The translations under genes were made by a program, and so were the position numbers. From positions 256,001 to 320,000 of the forward strand of contig JAHPZE010000002.1 of the NCBI GenBank assembly GCA_019058365.1: DNA of 64,000 bases. The letters are read 5' to 3'. Below are positions 1 to 9,882 of the stretch, piece after piece. Position 1 is the stretch's first letter. The number at the start of each line of letters is the position of its first letter. Source of the stretch: Promethearchaeota archaeon (GTDB lineage Archaea > Asgardarchaeota > Lokiarchaeia > Sigyniarchaeales > SOKP01). The notes beneath the pieces are model-generated. The model saw only the letters and a program-made list of their open reading frames with translations, did not search any database and was not told where the DNA came from.

Positions 1-629
1 GCAACATTTTGAGTTATTTCCTCTAAATAGTCCCATATATAGCCTGGATCCTCCTCTAAATAAGTATGAAAAGAGTCAATTAATAATTTTAAGTTTTTTG
101 AGCCGATTTCCTCTATTAAATTTACTGATTCGGATATTGTATTATAAGAATCTATTTCAAATCTATTAATTGGTTCAAATAATAATAACACTCCATTATT
201 TTCTGCCAAACGGCAGCATTCCTTTAGGGATGATTTAATGTTATTCTTTTCTTTTTTTAAGCTACTCTCAAAATTAAAACGCCCTCGAATTAAACCAATT
301 ATAACTTTTGATTGGATTTTTTGTGCAAAATCTAAATAGTTCTGAATTCTTTGAATTGCTTTTTCCCTTATATGCTCGCTTTGATGTCCTAGAGAATATC
401 CGAAACGAATATAGGTGCTTCCAGTTCCGATGGCAGAGATCTCAAAGTTATATGAATCCTTAATATCGTTAATCTTTTCAGTATTGATTTTTTCGGGTTC
501 AAGAAGTGATAACTCAATTCCATCATAATTTAAAGAATTTAAGAATTCACATAATTGTGAAAAATGGTTTAAGACTTCATCTTGAGTACTTTTGGATTCA
601 TTTAATCCAGAGACAATACTTAATTTCAT
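1..629 (-). CDS. iolO: Sugar-phosphate isomerase/epimerase TIM barrel, 5-keto-L-gluconate epimerase (IolO)-like; runs off the window edge
   Basis: Not in the ORF track. Manual translation from the minus-strand ATG at 629: MKLSIVSG...YDGIELSL...SAIGTGSTY...VIIGLIRGR...FEPINRFE...LLIDSFH. It matches the AP2Ec/IolO motifs and lies next to iolN. Confidence 0.75.
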   Translation of the reverse strand, partial: MKLSIVSGLNESKSTQDEVLNHFSQLCEFLNSLNYDGIELSLLEPEKINTEKINDIKDSYNFEISAIGTGSTYIRFGYSLGHQSEHIREKAIQRIQNYLDFAQKIQSKVIIGLIRGRFNFESSLKKEKNNIKSSLKECCRLAENNGVLLLFEPINRFEIDSYNTISESVNLIEEIGSKNLKLLIDSFHTYLEEDPGYIWDYLEEITQNV

Positions 630-767
630 GATGTAAATATCTATTGAAATTTGAATAGGATAGTGCTTTAATCATATAATAATATTAAGCAAAAATATTT
701 TAAAATTCTAAAAAAAGAAAAATGAATCATCCTTAAATTAAGTTAAAAACCTAATGAGATCTTAAAA

Positions 768-1586
768 ATGAAGGAAAACATTGCTACCAAATCTGTTATG
801 ACTTCTTATTTTTTTGAAGATCCTAAATATAGCACCGTCAATAGAGAAATTAATAGAGTAAAAGTAAGCTATTGTTATTTTGACTTAAAATTTAAATTAA
901 AAACAGAAAAAAATCAAGTATTAAATGGAAGTTTATTATTGGGAGATGCTACTTTAATTATTGACAATATAGAAACTCAATTAAATCAATTTGATATATT
1001 CTTTATTCCTCCCGAAAAAGATTTCATTATCAAAGGTAAATATAAGTCAGAATATAAAATTGCTTTAGTTATTAGTCCAACTGAAACGAAGGTAGATCTA
1101 TCTTTTAATGTACAGAAGTATAAAATAAAGAATTTTATAGCTCGAGGGGAACCTAGCTCCAGTGAAAAAATGTCAACTTATAGAACTGTATGGACAGCAT
1201 TTAGCAATGGTTTTTTTATGTCAGGTATAACAAACATTCCTACTGAATCTCTGAAAACAGGTGTGGTAACTAGCGTCAATCTAGAAAAGAATAAAAAAGA
1301 CAGAGTCGTTGAGATTTACTCACATGTTCATCCCGATTTTCCTGAATTGTATATCTTTCTCATTGATGACGATAATTATGCTATCACCCAATATTTAATA
1401 AACTCCAAGGGTCAATCTGTTTGCAAGGATCTTTCAAACGGAGATGGATTATTTTTTCCTGGACATTTAGGACATATAAATTTTGCAAAACCCTTTTATA
1501 AAAATTTAAAATTTTGTTCTTATATGTGGTTCATTCCTACATTTGGTAAAAAAAAGGGAATAGAACCAATTACTTTAAAAGTTTAA
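768..1586 (+). CDS. Cupin-fold protein, KduI/IolB-like sugar-acid isomerase candidate
   Basis: HVHPDFPELYIF...GHLGH metal-binding cupin pattern; located between iolO and iolN. Confidence 0.5.
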   Translation: MKENIATKSVMTSYFFEDPKYSTVNREINRVKVSYCYFDLKFKLKTEKNQVLNGSLLLGDATLIIDNIETQLNQFDIFFIPPEKDFIIKGKYKSEYKIALVISPTETKVDLSFNVQKYKIKNFIARGEPSSSEKMSTYRTVWTAFSNGFFMSGITNIPTESLKTGVVTSVNLEKNKKDRVVEIYSHVHPDFPELYIFLIDDDNYAITQYLINSKGQSVCKDLSNGDGLFFPGHLGHINFAKPFYKNLKFCSYMWFIPTFGKKKGIEPITLKV

Positions 1587-1631
1587 ATTGATGGATCATT
1601 CTATTACTTAAACAATTTTTTGTGATTAAAT

Positions 1632-2603
1632 ATGACAGATTGGAATTTACCCCCTAAAGAGTTTGGCCATATGGATAAACCTAGTGGTATCTATCTTCAA
1701 ACAATGTCTATAGCAGAAATTAAAGAAAGGGTGAAAAAAAATGATGTTATTATCATTCCGTGTGGGTCTACTGAAAATCATGGTCCTGCAGCTTGTATTG
1801 GAGAAGACACTTTCTTAGTCACTCGAATGGCAGAATTAGTAGCTCAAAAAACTGGATGTACAGTTGCTCAACCAACCTGGTATGGTTCTCACCCTTATCA
1901 TCATTTAGGAATGCCAGGAACTATTATGATCCCCGAAGAAACTTTTAAATCTCTATTAAGATCAGTAATGGCGGGATGTTGGAATACAGGTTTTAGAAAA
2001 ATGATATTATTAAACGGACATGGTCAAGAATACGTTATTCCAAGTGCAATACACGAGTTTGCGAAAAATTATCAATTACCTATGGTTGTATGTAATCTCA
2101 ATTGGTATCACGCAATTCCTCAGCATTGTATGGATCAGGAACATGGTGGCCCTTTTGAAACACCTTTTATTCATGCAGATGAAGCTGAAACTTCATTCTC
2201 AATGACATTATTCCCTGAAATGTTGAAAAAAATAGATATATGTGAGGATAATACCCCTATAGGTTGGATGCCAGAGGGTCATGTAGATAAAGCAGGAAAC
2301 ATTTATCAACGACCTATTAAATGGTATGGTCAAGTTGGATTTGGACCTATTGAAGTGTCTGCTTATCCAGAAGGTCATGTTGGTTGTCCCAGCAAAGCAA
2401 CTTTTGAGAAGGGAAAACCTGGTATGGAAGCATTTTTAGATTATTTAGAAAAACTTGTTAATGATATACTGAAAACATTTCCCCCCGGAAAACTTCCCCC
2501 AATTGAAGGTATCACTCAACGAGATCCAAAAGAAATTGAAAAGTATATTATGGGGCCGCTTAATGGTGGAAAAAGCATTTATGAATTAAGGTACCCTCCT
2601 TAA
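1632..2603 (+). CDS. iolN: 3-dehydro-scyllo-inosose hydrolase (creatininase family)
   Basis: GSTENHG, EDTFLVTRMAE, LNGHGQE, FIHADEAETS and IEVSAYPEG motifs closely resemble Thermotoga IolN as recalled. Confidence 0.85.
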   Translation: MTDWNLPPKEFGHMDKPSGIYLQTMSIAEIKERVKKNDVIIIPCGSTENHGPAACIGEDTFLVTRMAELVAQKTGCTVAQPTWYGSHPYHHLGMPGTIMIPEETFKSLLRSVMAGCWNTGFRKMILLNGHGQEYVIPSAIHEFAKNYQLPMVVCNLNWYHAIPQHCMDQEHGGPFETPFIHADEAETSFSMTLFPEMLKKIDICEDNTPIGWMPEGHVDKAGNIYQRPIKWYGQVGFGPIEVSAYPEGHVGCPSKATFEKGKPGMEAFLDYLEKLVNDILKTFPPGKLPPIEGITQRDPKEIEKYIMGPLNGGKSIYELRYPP

Positions 2604-2669
2604 AATCTCTATTCAATTTTTTTTATCTTTCTTTATATTTTTATGTAAAAAAAATAGTTTTAATATTGA

Positions 2670-3164
2670 TTATATTTGTGCTCCACAATATGAACAAAAC
2701 TGTGCTGTGTCTTTACTAATAGGTGTTCCACAATTAGGACAATACTTTGCGCGTTCTTCTGAAACTTCTTCCTTCGTTGATAATGATAAATGCTTTATTT
2801 GTCCTGTTGTTGTATTAAAATTTCCCCGTAGTTGACCTGATGCTTTTAAATCTAAAATTATGGCTTGTATATCTTTTGGTGTAATTCCTGTACTTTGTCT
2901 AATGTCTTCTATAGTAGCTTCTGGAGTTACTTGAAACTCTGATAAAACTACATTCCTTAGTTTACTTCTATTAATTATTGCAAATATTTGACCTACCAAA
3001 ATAGCTACTCCAATTCCAGTAGATATAAATCCCCACCATGACCAATAATCCCATGGGATAAATGAGCTGATCCCCCAATATAAGAAAGCACCTGCGATAA
3101 TTAAAGCACATATGGAAAAACCTTCAGAATATTGATTTTTTTTATACTTCATATTAAATCCCAA
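2670..3164 (-). CDS. Membrane protein with winged-helix and C-terminal zinc ribbon
   Basis: Two N-terminal TM segments, a wHTH-like middle and a CPNC...CSYC double zinc ribbon. Confidence 0.7.
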   Translation of the reverse strand: MGFNMKYKKNQYSEGFSICALIIAGAFLYWGISSFIPWDYWSWWGFISTGIGVAILVGQIFAIINRSKLRNVVLSEFQVTPEATIEDIRQSTGITPKDIQAIILDLKASGQLRGNFNTTTGQIKHLSLSTKEEVSEERAKYCPNCGTPISKDTAQFCSYCGAQI

Positions 3165-3300
3165 TAATTTTCAAATATTTATATTAGATTTCACTAAATA
3201 ATTGTTAACTACCTTATAAATTTTTAGCATCATTTTATATCCCTACTATTTTAAAGAACTTAATAGAAGTGAAATAAAATAGAGGATTATCTAAACCCAC

Positions 3301-3654
3301 TCAATTAGTTATAATACATTTATTTATTATTTCAAAAACCGATGAGAAATCTACTTGATCCTCAGTAAGAAGTATAATAATTTTTTCTAAAATTTTAATT
3401 GAAAGGATATAAAAATTATCAGAATGAATAACATTGAAATCTGGATTATGAACTCCGATTTCTGATGTTATTTCTTCAGCTAACTCGTATAACTGTGACA
3501 TATTTAACCCTATAGACGATTTATTAAATTCTTGATTAATATAAGATTTAATAACAGCCCCGTTTTCTGATGTAATGATGATAAAATAAACTCCCGTTCC
3601 TAATTCCTTAACTAGATTGTCAAGAACTAAGTCGAGATTTAAAATAACAGTCAT
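3301..3654 (-). CDS. Roadblock/LC7 or longin-like small protein
   Basis: About 115 aa with the alpha-beta-beta-alpha-beta-beta-beta-alpha pattern (FIIITSENGAVIKS...ILSIKILEKIIILLT). Confidence 0.55.
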   Translation of the reverse strand: MTVILNLDLVLDNLVKELGTGVYFIIITSENGAVIKSYINQEFNKSSIGLNMSQLYELAEEITSEIGVHNPDFNVIHSDNFYILSIKILEKIIILLTEDQVDFSSVFEIINKCIITN

Positions 3655-4015
3655 TGTGATATAATTTATCGGTTTTTTAATATATAATTTTAGGTAAAAA
3701 TTATAATCTAAACTTGAAAGATTGATTTATATAAGGGGTAGATAGAAAAATAATTTGAAAGATATTGATTTTATTGTTTTTACAAATTTACACACTTATG
3801 AAAAATTAAATTATATTTCAAAATATTCATTAATTATTTCTTCAAAACTATGGAAAGGTGTTAAAAGTCCCTTAAACTCAACCATATGTGATGAATAACA
3901 CTTGCATAGAAACTCTTCTACACATTTTTCTTTTGGTATAGATGATAAATCTTTTTAATGTGTAATTTTATATCATAAAATGAATAATTCTTTTCCTATA
4001 GTATAAATTATTAAA

Positions 4016-4119
4016 TGGGCCAGGCAGGATTCGAACCTGCGACCTTGGGTTTAATGGATACATCCATTAAAAATCCCAGTCCGAAGCCGGGCACCCTATC
4101 CAGGCTAGATTACAGGCCC
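4016..4119 (-). tRNA. tRNA-Arg(TCG) with a 29-nt non-canonical intron in the variable region (4044-4072)
   Basis: The reverse complement folds as acceptor GGGCCTG/CTGGCCC, anticodon arm CCCGG-CTTCGGA-CTGGG and T arm GCAGG-TTCGAAT-CCTGC. The insert forms a BHB-like motif whose excision leaves a 5-nt variable loop ATGTC. Confidence 0.9.
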
Positions 4120-4248
4120 TTTAAATAAATAATATAAAAAAGTAAGTTATATTATTTTCATCCATTATTTCTAAAAAATTTTATTGAATTAGAATATTGA
4201 ATAATTCAATAATTTCTCGAATCTTATAAAGGAAAAGTGGAGTATATT

Positions 4249-4686
4249 TCAAATATCTTCCTTTTTAAAACCATTATTTAGATATTTTATGAATAATCGA
4301 AATAATTTTATAAATTTTAAACCTTGAGAAAGATCTCCATCAACTTTTATTATTCCTTTCATATAAGCATCAGTTCCATACATTTCACGCTTTAAAATTT
4401 TAACTAAGATATCTTCAGTGTATCTAATTCTAAATGATGCACTTCTGTTTATACCTTTTTTATAAATAATTGAACCATGAGATATGTTTAACCAAAAGTT
4501 AAAGTCAATATCCGTAATGATGATTTGATAGATATCATCATACTCTATTATCTCTTCTCGTAATTCTTCAGTAATTTTGAATTTGTTAACGGCAAACTTA
4601 ATGATTTTATCTAAAGTAGCAATAAATTCTTCATCATGATATTCCAAATAATGGATCACAGAATTATAACTCTTTGAATTGAGCAT
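4249..4686 (-). CDS. SCP2 sterol/lipid-binding domain protein
   Basis: AYMKGIIKVDGDL SCP2 signature. Confidence 0.8.
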   Translation of the reverse strand: MLNSKSYNSVIHYLEYHDEEFIATLDKIIKFAVNKFKITEELREEIIEYDDIYQIIITDIDFNFWLNISHGSIIYKKGINRSASFRIRYTEDILVKILKREMYGTDAYMKGIIKVDGDLSQGLKFIKLFRLFIKYLNNGFKKEDI

Positions 4687-4860
4687 GCTATCTATACTTG
4701 ATACTAATTCAAATATATTATATTGTTATACCTATATATTCCTTATAATCTACATCATCTTTATAGCATATAAATGTTTCTATTAGGTGGTTTAAATGCT
4801 AAACAGAATAAAATTTTTATATTCTCTTTTATTCCTTTAATTACATAACTATAATTTTTT

Positions 4861-4970
4861 GCGGCTATAGTGTAGCCCGGTCTTTAAGTATAACAAATCT
4901 GTCTACTTAACCGAAAGCATTCGGGACTGTCACTCCTGCGACGCGGGTTCAAATCCCGCTAGCCGCGCCA
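4861..4970 (+). tRNA. tRNA-Asp(GTC) with a 32-nt D-loop intron (4884-4915) and encoded CCA
   Basis: Acceptor GCGGCTA/TAGCCGC, anticodon loop CTGTCAC, T arm GCGGG-TTCAAAT-CCCGC and 3' GCCA. BHB-like motif: CGGT/ACCG helix with CTT and AAA bulges. Confidence 0.92.
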
Positions 4971-5173
4971 TTACATTATAAAATTATTTAATTTGGAATT
5001 TATAAATTAAAGTTAGTCTGAAACTTGAGAAAAAGATAATTTACATCGAAATAATTTCTAAAAAACACTAATTTTTAACTATCATTATAACTATAACAAT
5101 AAAAAAAAATGAAATGAAATTAAATAAAAAAAAAGAAAAGATTCTTTGAAAGTTTAACAGGTTGCCTTTAATT

Positions 5174-5620
5174 TTACAAATCTTCTGCTAAATCTTCATA
5201 AGCTTCTAAAGCAAGCTCGATAATCTCCTGAAAGGCCATTGCGTCCTGTAAATTACCTTCCACTGTAATATCTCCAGCCATATACGCAGAAGTTGCATCT
5301 ACTTCTCCCATAAGAATACCCGCCCCTACCTCGAGCGTGGAAGACATTGTGAATGAAGGATTATCTACATTCCCTTCACCATAATCTAAATCTCCTTCCT
5401 TTACTGTGAGCCAATACTTCTTATTATTATCCGTGATGATCATACTTATGGCGATATCCATATCCTCGAGTTCTTCTTTGAGATCTTCATTCTCTTTCGA
5501 GATTTGCTTAACAAATTCATACATCCGCATCATATCCTCAGGTGAAGCGCTTGCAGCGCCAGCATCTTGGGCCGCTTTTATACTTTTCAATAATGATTCG
5601 TCAACCATTTTAATTTTCAA
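5174..5620 (-). CDS. SCP2 sterol/lipid-binding domain protein
   Basis: DATSAYMAGDITVEGNL SCP2 signature; acidic. Confidence 0.85.
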   Translation of the reverse strand: MKIKMVDESLLKSIKAAQDAGAASASPEDMMRMYEFVKQISKENEDLKEELEDMDIAISMIITDNNKKYWLTVKEGDLDYGEGNVDNPSFTMSSTLEVGAGILMGEVDATSAYMAGDITVEGNLQDAMAFQEIIELALEAYEDLAEDL

Positions 5621-5932
5621 CCTTCTTTTGTAATTTTATTACTGATTTATAAAAATTATTTAAAAATATATTACATAAATAACAATATTAAAAGGATATA
5701 ATGATATAAAAAGGTTTTATTTCTTTTTTTTATATACTGAATAAAAAGCGGTTGAATACATAAATAAACTGAAATTTTAACCGAAAAGTGTAATATACTA
5801 ATATTATTTTCCCTTAAAACTACTTTTTAAAAATTTAATTAATTAATGCATAAAATTAAAACAATGTATTTTTATTATTAGTTTGGAACTAGATCATCGA
5901 CATATTTAGTCATTAGGTGTTTTGTAATAAGA

Positions 5933-6550
5933 ATGGTATTAGAACGTTTATACTCGGCAACTGATAATTTAATTAATCAACAGTTCTATAAAGAAAAAAG
6001 TGATATAATTATTGGGAGAACTCCCGAAATATCATTAAAGATTAGTAATTCAGGACAAATAGTAAGGAAATTTAAAGATTTATTTAACGAAAATCTACAC
6101 TTATTCCTTGAAGGCAAATACTTAGAATTTCTTAAGCATTTTCAAAGAATAAAAGGGATGGATGAAAACTATATTAGAGAAATTTACCAGGATCTTCAGC
6201 TTAAATTTGAAACATTAGAGGAATCAGAAAATATTAATAGCGTTATTGTTTACTCCCTCGTTCTAAATTCTCTAATATCAAGTATTAGAGATATTAATTT
6301 TGGAGAATCCATTAGAGAGATAAAAAGACGAGTATTAAAGAACTCAAATATTCATGAAAACAAGATCCAAGAAGAGTTAGATAAGTTATTCATGAGAAAT
6401 GATGAAAACGTTTCAATTTTATATAATATCTCTTATCTTGATACATTAGCAGAATCTTTCAATTATATGAAAGTTGCTCATATTTGTAAGATTCAAAAGA
6501 GCAAATTTATAAATCGAATTGTTAAACTGGTTTTGTCCCCAAATAAATAA
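5933..6550 (+). CDS. Hypothetical protein
   Basis: 205-aa ORF, largely helical, no recognisable motif. Confidence 0.6.
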   Translation: MVLERLYSATDNLINQQFYKEKSDIIIGRTPEISLKISNSGQIVRKFKDLFNENLHLFLEGKYLEFLKHFQRIKGMDENYIREIYQDLQLKFETLEESENINSVIVYSLVLNSLISSIRDINFGESIREIKRRVLKNSNIHENKIQEELDKLFMRNDENVSILYNISYLDTLAESFNYMKVAHICKIQKSKFINRIVKLVLSPNK

Positions 6551-6565
6551 GTTTAGAAAAGATAC

Positions 6566-7327
6566 TTAAACATTACCAATGTCCTGATATAAGATTTCAA
6601 CAAGAGTATTTAACACAATTTCTCTTAAACCTTTATCATATTTTCTTATCCTATCTGAAAATTCAAATTGAATAGTCTGACTATTTGATGAAAAGTGAGA
6701 TGCTCCATATTGTTGTGTTATATATCCTCCAGATAGTACGTATTCTTTTCTTCTAGGATGCCCCGGTGCTATCGATATTTCTAACTCAAGAAATTTTTCT
6801 ATGATTTTTCCACGTATGTTTTTATTCCAGTCTCTTTTTAGAATTGATTTAGAGAAAAGTGACTCCAAATTATTAGTGCCTAATATTATTTCTACATCTC
6901 GAAATCCAGAAGGACGATTATCTTTTTCAAATCCATGTATATCTAGAAGTAATGAACGTCCAAATGTACTTATATTGTAATTTACCAATTTTTGGATTTT
7001 TCTATGGTAAAATCTATAGATTTCTTTAGCAAGATTTGAATTTTGATTATAAGCCTCACTTTCATACCGATTTAAATCGATTTTACTTCGCCGAACTTTT
7101 GAACTAATGTAAGAGGGAGTTTTTAATTCTGAAAATTCTTTTTTAAATTTTAAGCTTATTAGTTCAATTAATTTCTTCGAAAATTCTATAGTCCCTCTAT
7201 CAATTCCAAAAATTCCTGCTGTTCTTTGAGGAATTGTCTCACATTCTAAAATTCCGCCGTGAGGTACAGATATAATTAATGGGAGACTACCCTGTTCAAA
7301 TTCTATATAATCTTTTAGATCAGACAT
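6566..7327 (-). CDS. N-formylglutamate amidohydrolase family protein
   Basis: PLIISVPHGG, IDLNR, LLLDIHG and IQFE motifs. Confidence 0.8.
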   Translation of the reverse strand: MSDLKDYIEFEQGSLPLIISVPHGGILECETIPQRTAGIFGIDRGTIEFSKKLIELISLKFKKEFSELKTPSYISSKVRRSKIDLNRYESEAYNQNSNLAKEIYRFYHRKIQKLVNYNISTFGRSLLLDIHGFEKDNRPSGFRDVEIILGTNNLESLFSKSILKRDWNKNIRGKIIEKFLELEISIAPGHPRRKEYVLSGGYITQQYGASHFSSNSQTIQFEFSDRIRKYDKGLREIVLNTLVEILYQDIGNV

Positions 7328-7595
7328 TTCTTTAAGATATAATTTTTAAAAACAAAAAATAGGTTAATTAATTGGAAAGAAGATATAATAATAAATCTTC
7401 ATGTGAATTTAAAATTCAAAAGAGTCAAATAAATCATAAAGATTAACTTATTTCACTCTGCAATGTTGCTTAAAACCAGTTAAAAATCAATTTATTTTCA
7501 CAAATTTTTATTAATTACCATAATAAAATAACGAATTATAAATTTAATTTAAAAGATATTGTATTAATATTATATCTGATTATTGAAAGTTTATT

Positions 7596-8900
7596 ATGAT
7601 AAGTAAACCCTCCTTGAAAAATATCGCTTTCATTTTTTACTATCATAGAGATAACTTTTATAGTCTAAATGCTATAGCGGGAGCTCTTGAAACAGATAAG
7701 ATATTTGAAAGCATCGATTTCTATTTTGTTCCAACACAAAATAAACTTATTATTACTCTAGAAGAAGTTGTCAAAAAATATAATAAAACCATAGTAGGAA
7801 TTTCATTTTATACAACTCAACTTTTAGAAACTCAAGATCTCATTCAAACAATAAAAAGGAAATTTAAAAATAAAACTATCATAGTCGCCGGAGGGCCTCA
7901 TCCAACAGGAGATCCTTTTGGAACTCTAAGAATAGGGGTTGATATTGTTGTTGTCGGTGAAAGTGAGGAAACTATTATCGAACTTATGCAAAGAATAGTA
8001 AATAATGAGAAATTTGATGATGTAAAGGGAATTGCTTACATAAATGAGAATAAGAAATATAATTACACAGGAAAAAGTAATTTAGTAAATTTAGATGAAT
8101 ATCCTCCCTTTCCCGTGAAAAGTACTCGATTCGGTGCGATTGAAATAACACGAGGATGCCCTTATGTATGCTACTTCTGCCAAACACCCTATCTTTTCGG
8201 CACAAAGCCTTCGCATAGAAGTATAGAAATAATTTGTAAGTATGTGCAAGAGTTAAAAAACTATTATGGAGATCTGACCTTTATACGATTCATAACTCCA
8301 AATGCTTTTTCATATGGCTCTAAGGATGGAAAGAATTTAAATTTAGAAAAACTTGAAGAATTACTTTTTAAGACTAAAGAAATTATCGGTAAAAAAGGGA
8401 AAATATTTTTAGGAACATTTCCATCTGAAGTTCGCCCTGAACATGTTACAACTGATACTTTAGATCTAGTTTTGAAATATGCTGATAATGATAATATTAC
8501 TATTGGAGCACAATCAGGTAGCCAAAAAGTATTGGATTCATGTCATAGAGAACATACCGTTCAAGATATATATAATGCAGTAGCCTTAGCATTAGAAAAT
8601 AATTTAAAAATTAATGTAGATTTTATATTTGGATTACCTGAAGAAACTGAAGAGGATATTAAATTAACAATTCAAGTAATGAGGGATTTAGCGACTAAGG
8701 ATGCAAGAATACATGCTCATTCATTTATACCTTTACCTCAAACTCCCTTTGCAAATGTACCAGTAAAAAGAATACAGGATCTTTATAAGAACGAGATTAA
8801 ATCATTAATTTCTAGAGGATTTGCATTTGGGGATTGGAAGAAACAGGAGCGAATAGCCATCAAGATAGGTAATTACATGAAAAAACTGAATTTAAAATGA
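7596..8900 (+). CDS. B12-binding domain/radical SAM protein
   Basis: AGGPHPTG B12-binding domain and EITRGCPYVCYFCQ CxxxCxxC motif. Confidence 0.9.
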   Translation: MISKPSLKNIAFIFYYHRDNFYSLNAIAGALETDKIFESIDFYFVPTQNKLIITLEEVVKKYNKTIVGISFYTTQLLETQDLIQTIKRKFKNKTIIVAGGPHPTGDPFGTLRIGVDIVVVGESEETIIELMQRIVNNEKFDDVKGIAYINENKKYNYTGKSNLVNLDEYPPFPVKSTRFGAIEITRGCPYVCYFCQTPYLFGTKPSHRSIEIICKYVQELKNYYGDLTFIRFITPNAFSYGSKDGKNLNLEKLEELLFKTKEIIGKKGKIFLGTFPSEVRPEHVTTDTLDLVLKYADNDNITIGAQSGSQKVLDSCHREHTVQDIYNAVALALENNLKINVDFIFGLPEETEEDIKLTIQVMRDLATKDARIHAHSFIPLPQTPFANVPVKRIQDLYKNEIKSLISRGFAFGDWKKQERIAIKIGNYMKKLNLK

Positions 8901-8906
8901 AGTATT

Positions 8907-9791
8907 TTATTTTACTAGTTTTACAATATTTTCCTTTATTGTAATGAAACCTTCTTTTTCTAATTGATATAGAATCTTTTCTAATCTTTTAGAGTCATTA
9001 ATTTTAATTCTTTTCTGGATTTCTAGTATATCTAGCGTTTTAGCATCAATTAACATTTTTAAAAGTTTTCCCCTAATTTGTCGTGATGAACCTTTAAATG
9101 GTGCTTGCTTTCGATAATGAACACTTTTCTTATTTAATTCTGGATGTGTTCTTTTAAGCATTACACCATAATCCATGAGAGCGTAATACCATTCACGAGG
9201 GTTATTCTTATCAACAGTAAGTTTTACAATTGGTAAAATTTCTTTATCATGAACATTAATTTTTTTAGGAAAGAAAAAGTAAATATAAACTCTTCTTACA
9301 TTGGTCTCAATGAAGGCTGTAGGTTTATTAAACGCAAATGTTATAATTGAAGAAGCTGTATTATGACCTATTTGAGGAAAAGATTCCAATATTTCTTTAG
9401 AGTCTGGAAGCTCCCCGTTATAATCTCTGATAACAATTTCTGCAATTTTTTTTAATGCTACAGCTCTTCTATTATATCCTAAACCTTTCCATTCTCTAAG
9501 AATAACATCAAGTGGAGCTTGCGATAATGTTAAAAAATTTGGAAATTTCTCTGTGAATTTCAAAAACTTTTCTGAAACCCTCTCCGTTTGAGTCTGTTGA
9601 AGCATAATTTCTGAAACTAATACATTATAGGGAGTAATATTTTCTCTGAAAGGAAATTTTCTCTTATGATTTGTAAAATATTCGTAAATAAAATTCTGAA
9701 ATGAGTTTATGACCTCATTAATTAATCCCTTTTCTTTATATGATTTGTAGAAGTCGGTGATGAATAAATTTTCACTAATTCTAAACATCAA
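8907..9791 (-). CDS. mutY: A/G-specific adenine glycosylase (HhH-GPD, no Fe-S cluster motif)
   Basis: VLVSEIMLQQTQ, WKGLGYNRRA, PQIGHNTA and ETNVRRV motifs. Confidence 0.85.
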   Translation of the reverse strand: MMFRISENLFITDFYKSYKEKGLINEVINSFQNFIYEYFTNHKRKFPFRENITPYNVLVSEIMLQQTQTERVSEKFLKFTEKFPNFLTLSQAPLDVILREWKGLGYNRRAVALKKIAEIVIRDYNGELPDSKEILESFPQIGHNTASSIITFAFNKPTAFIETNVRRVYIYFFFPKKINVHDKEILPIVKLTVDKNNPREWYYALMDYGVMLKRTHPELNKKSVHYRKQAPFKGSSRQIRGKLLKMLIDAKTLDILEIQKRIKINDSKRLEKILYQLEKEGFITIKENIVKLVK

Positions 9792-9882
9792 GAACCAACA
9801 AATGAATAGTAAATTAGATTAACTACTCAAGGAAAAATAATTTATGGATTTTAAATTATAATTATTGCTAAAGGTTACAATC

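Noticed and set aside
3821-3976. Possible gene remnant next to the tRNA-Arg 3' end (minus-strand DLSSIPKEKCVEEFLCKC / GLLTPFHSFEEIINEYFEI)
   Set aside because: It is short and frame-broken with no recognisable family, and no integrase or att duplication was seen.
4044-4072. Long variable arm suggesting tRNA-Sec, tRNA-Ser or tRNA-Leu
   Set aside because: The anticodon is TCG, the acceptor stem is a normal 7 bp, and the insert forms a BHB-like splice motif.
8898-8920. UGA read-through at other TGA-ending genes (8900, 38070, 51854)
   Set aside because: Another in-frame stop follows within a few codons and no SECIS-like hairpin was seen.
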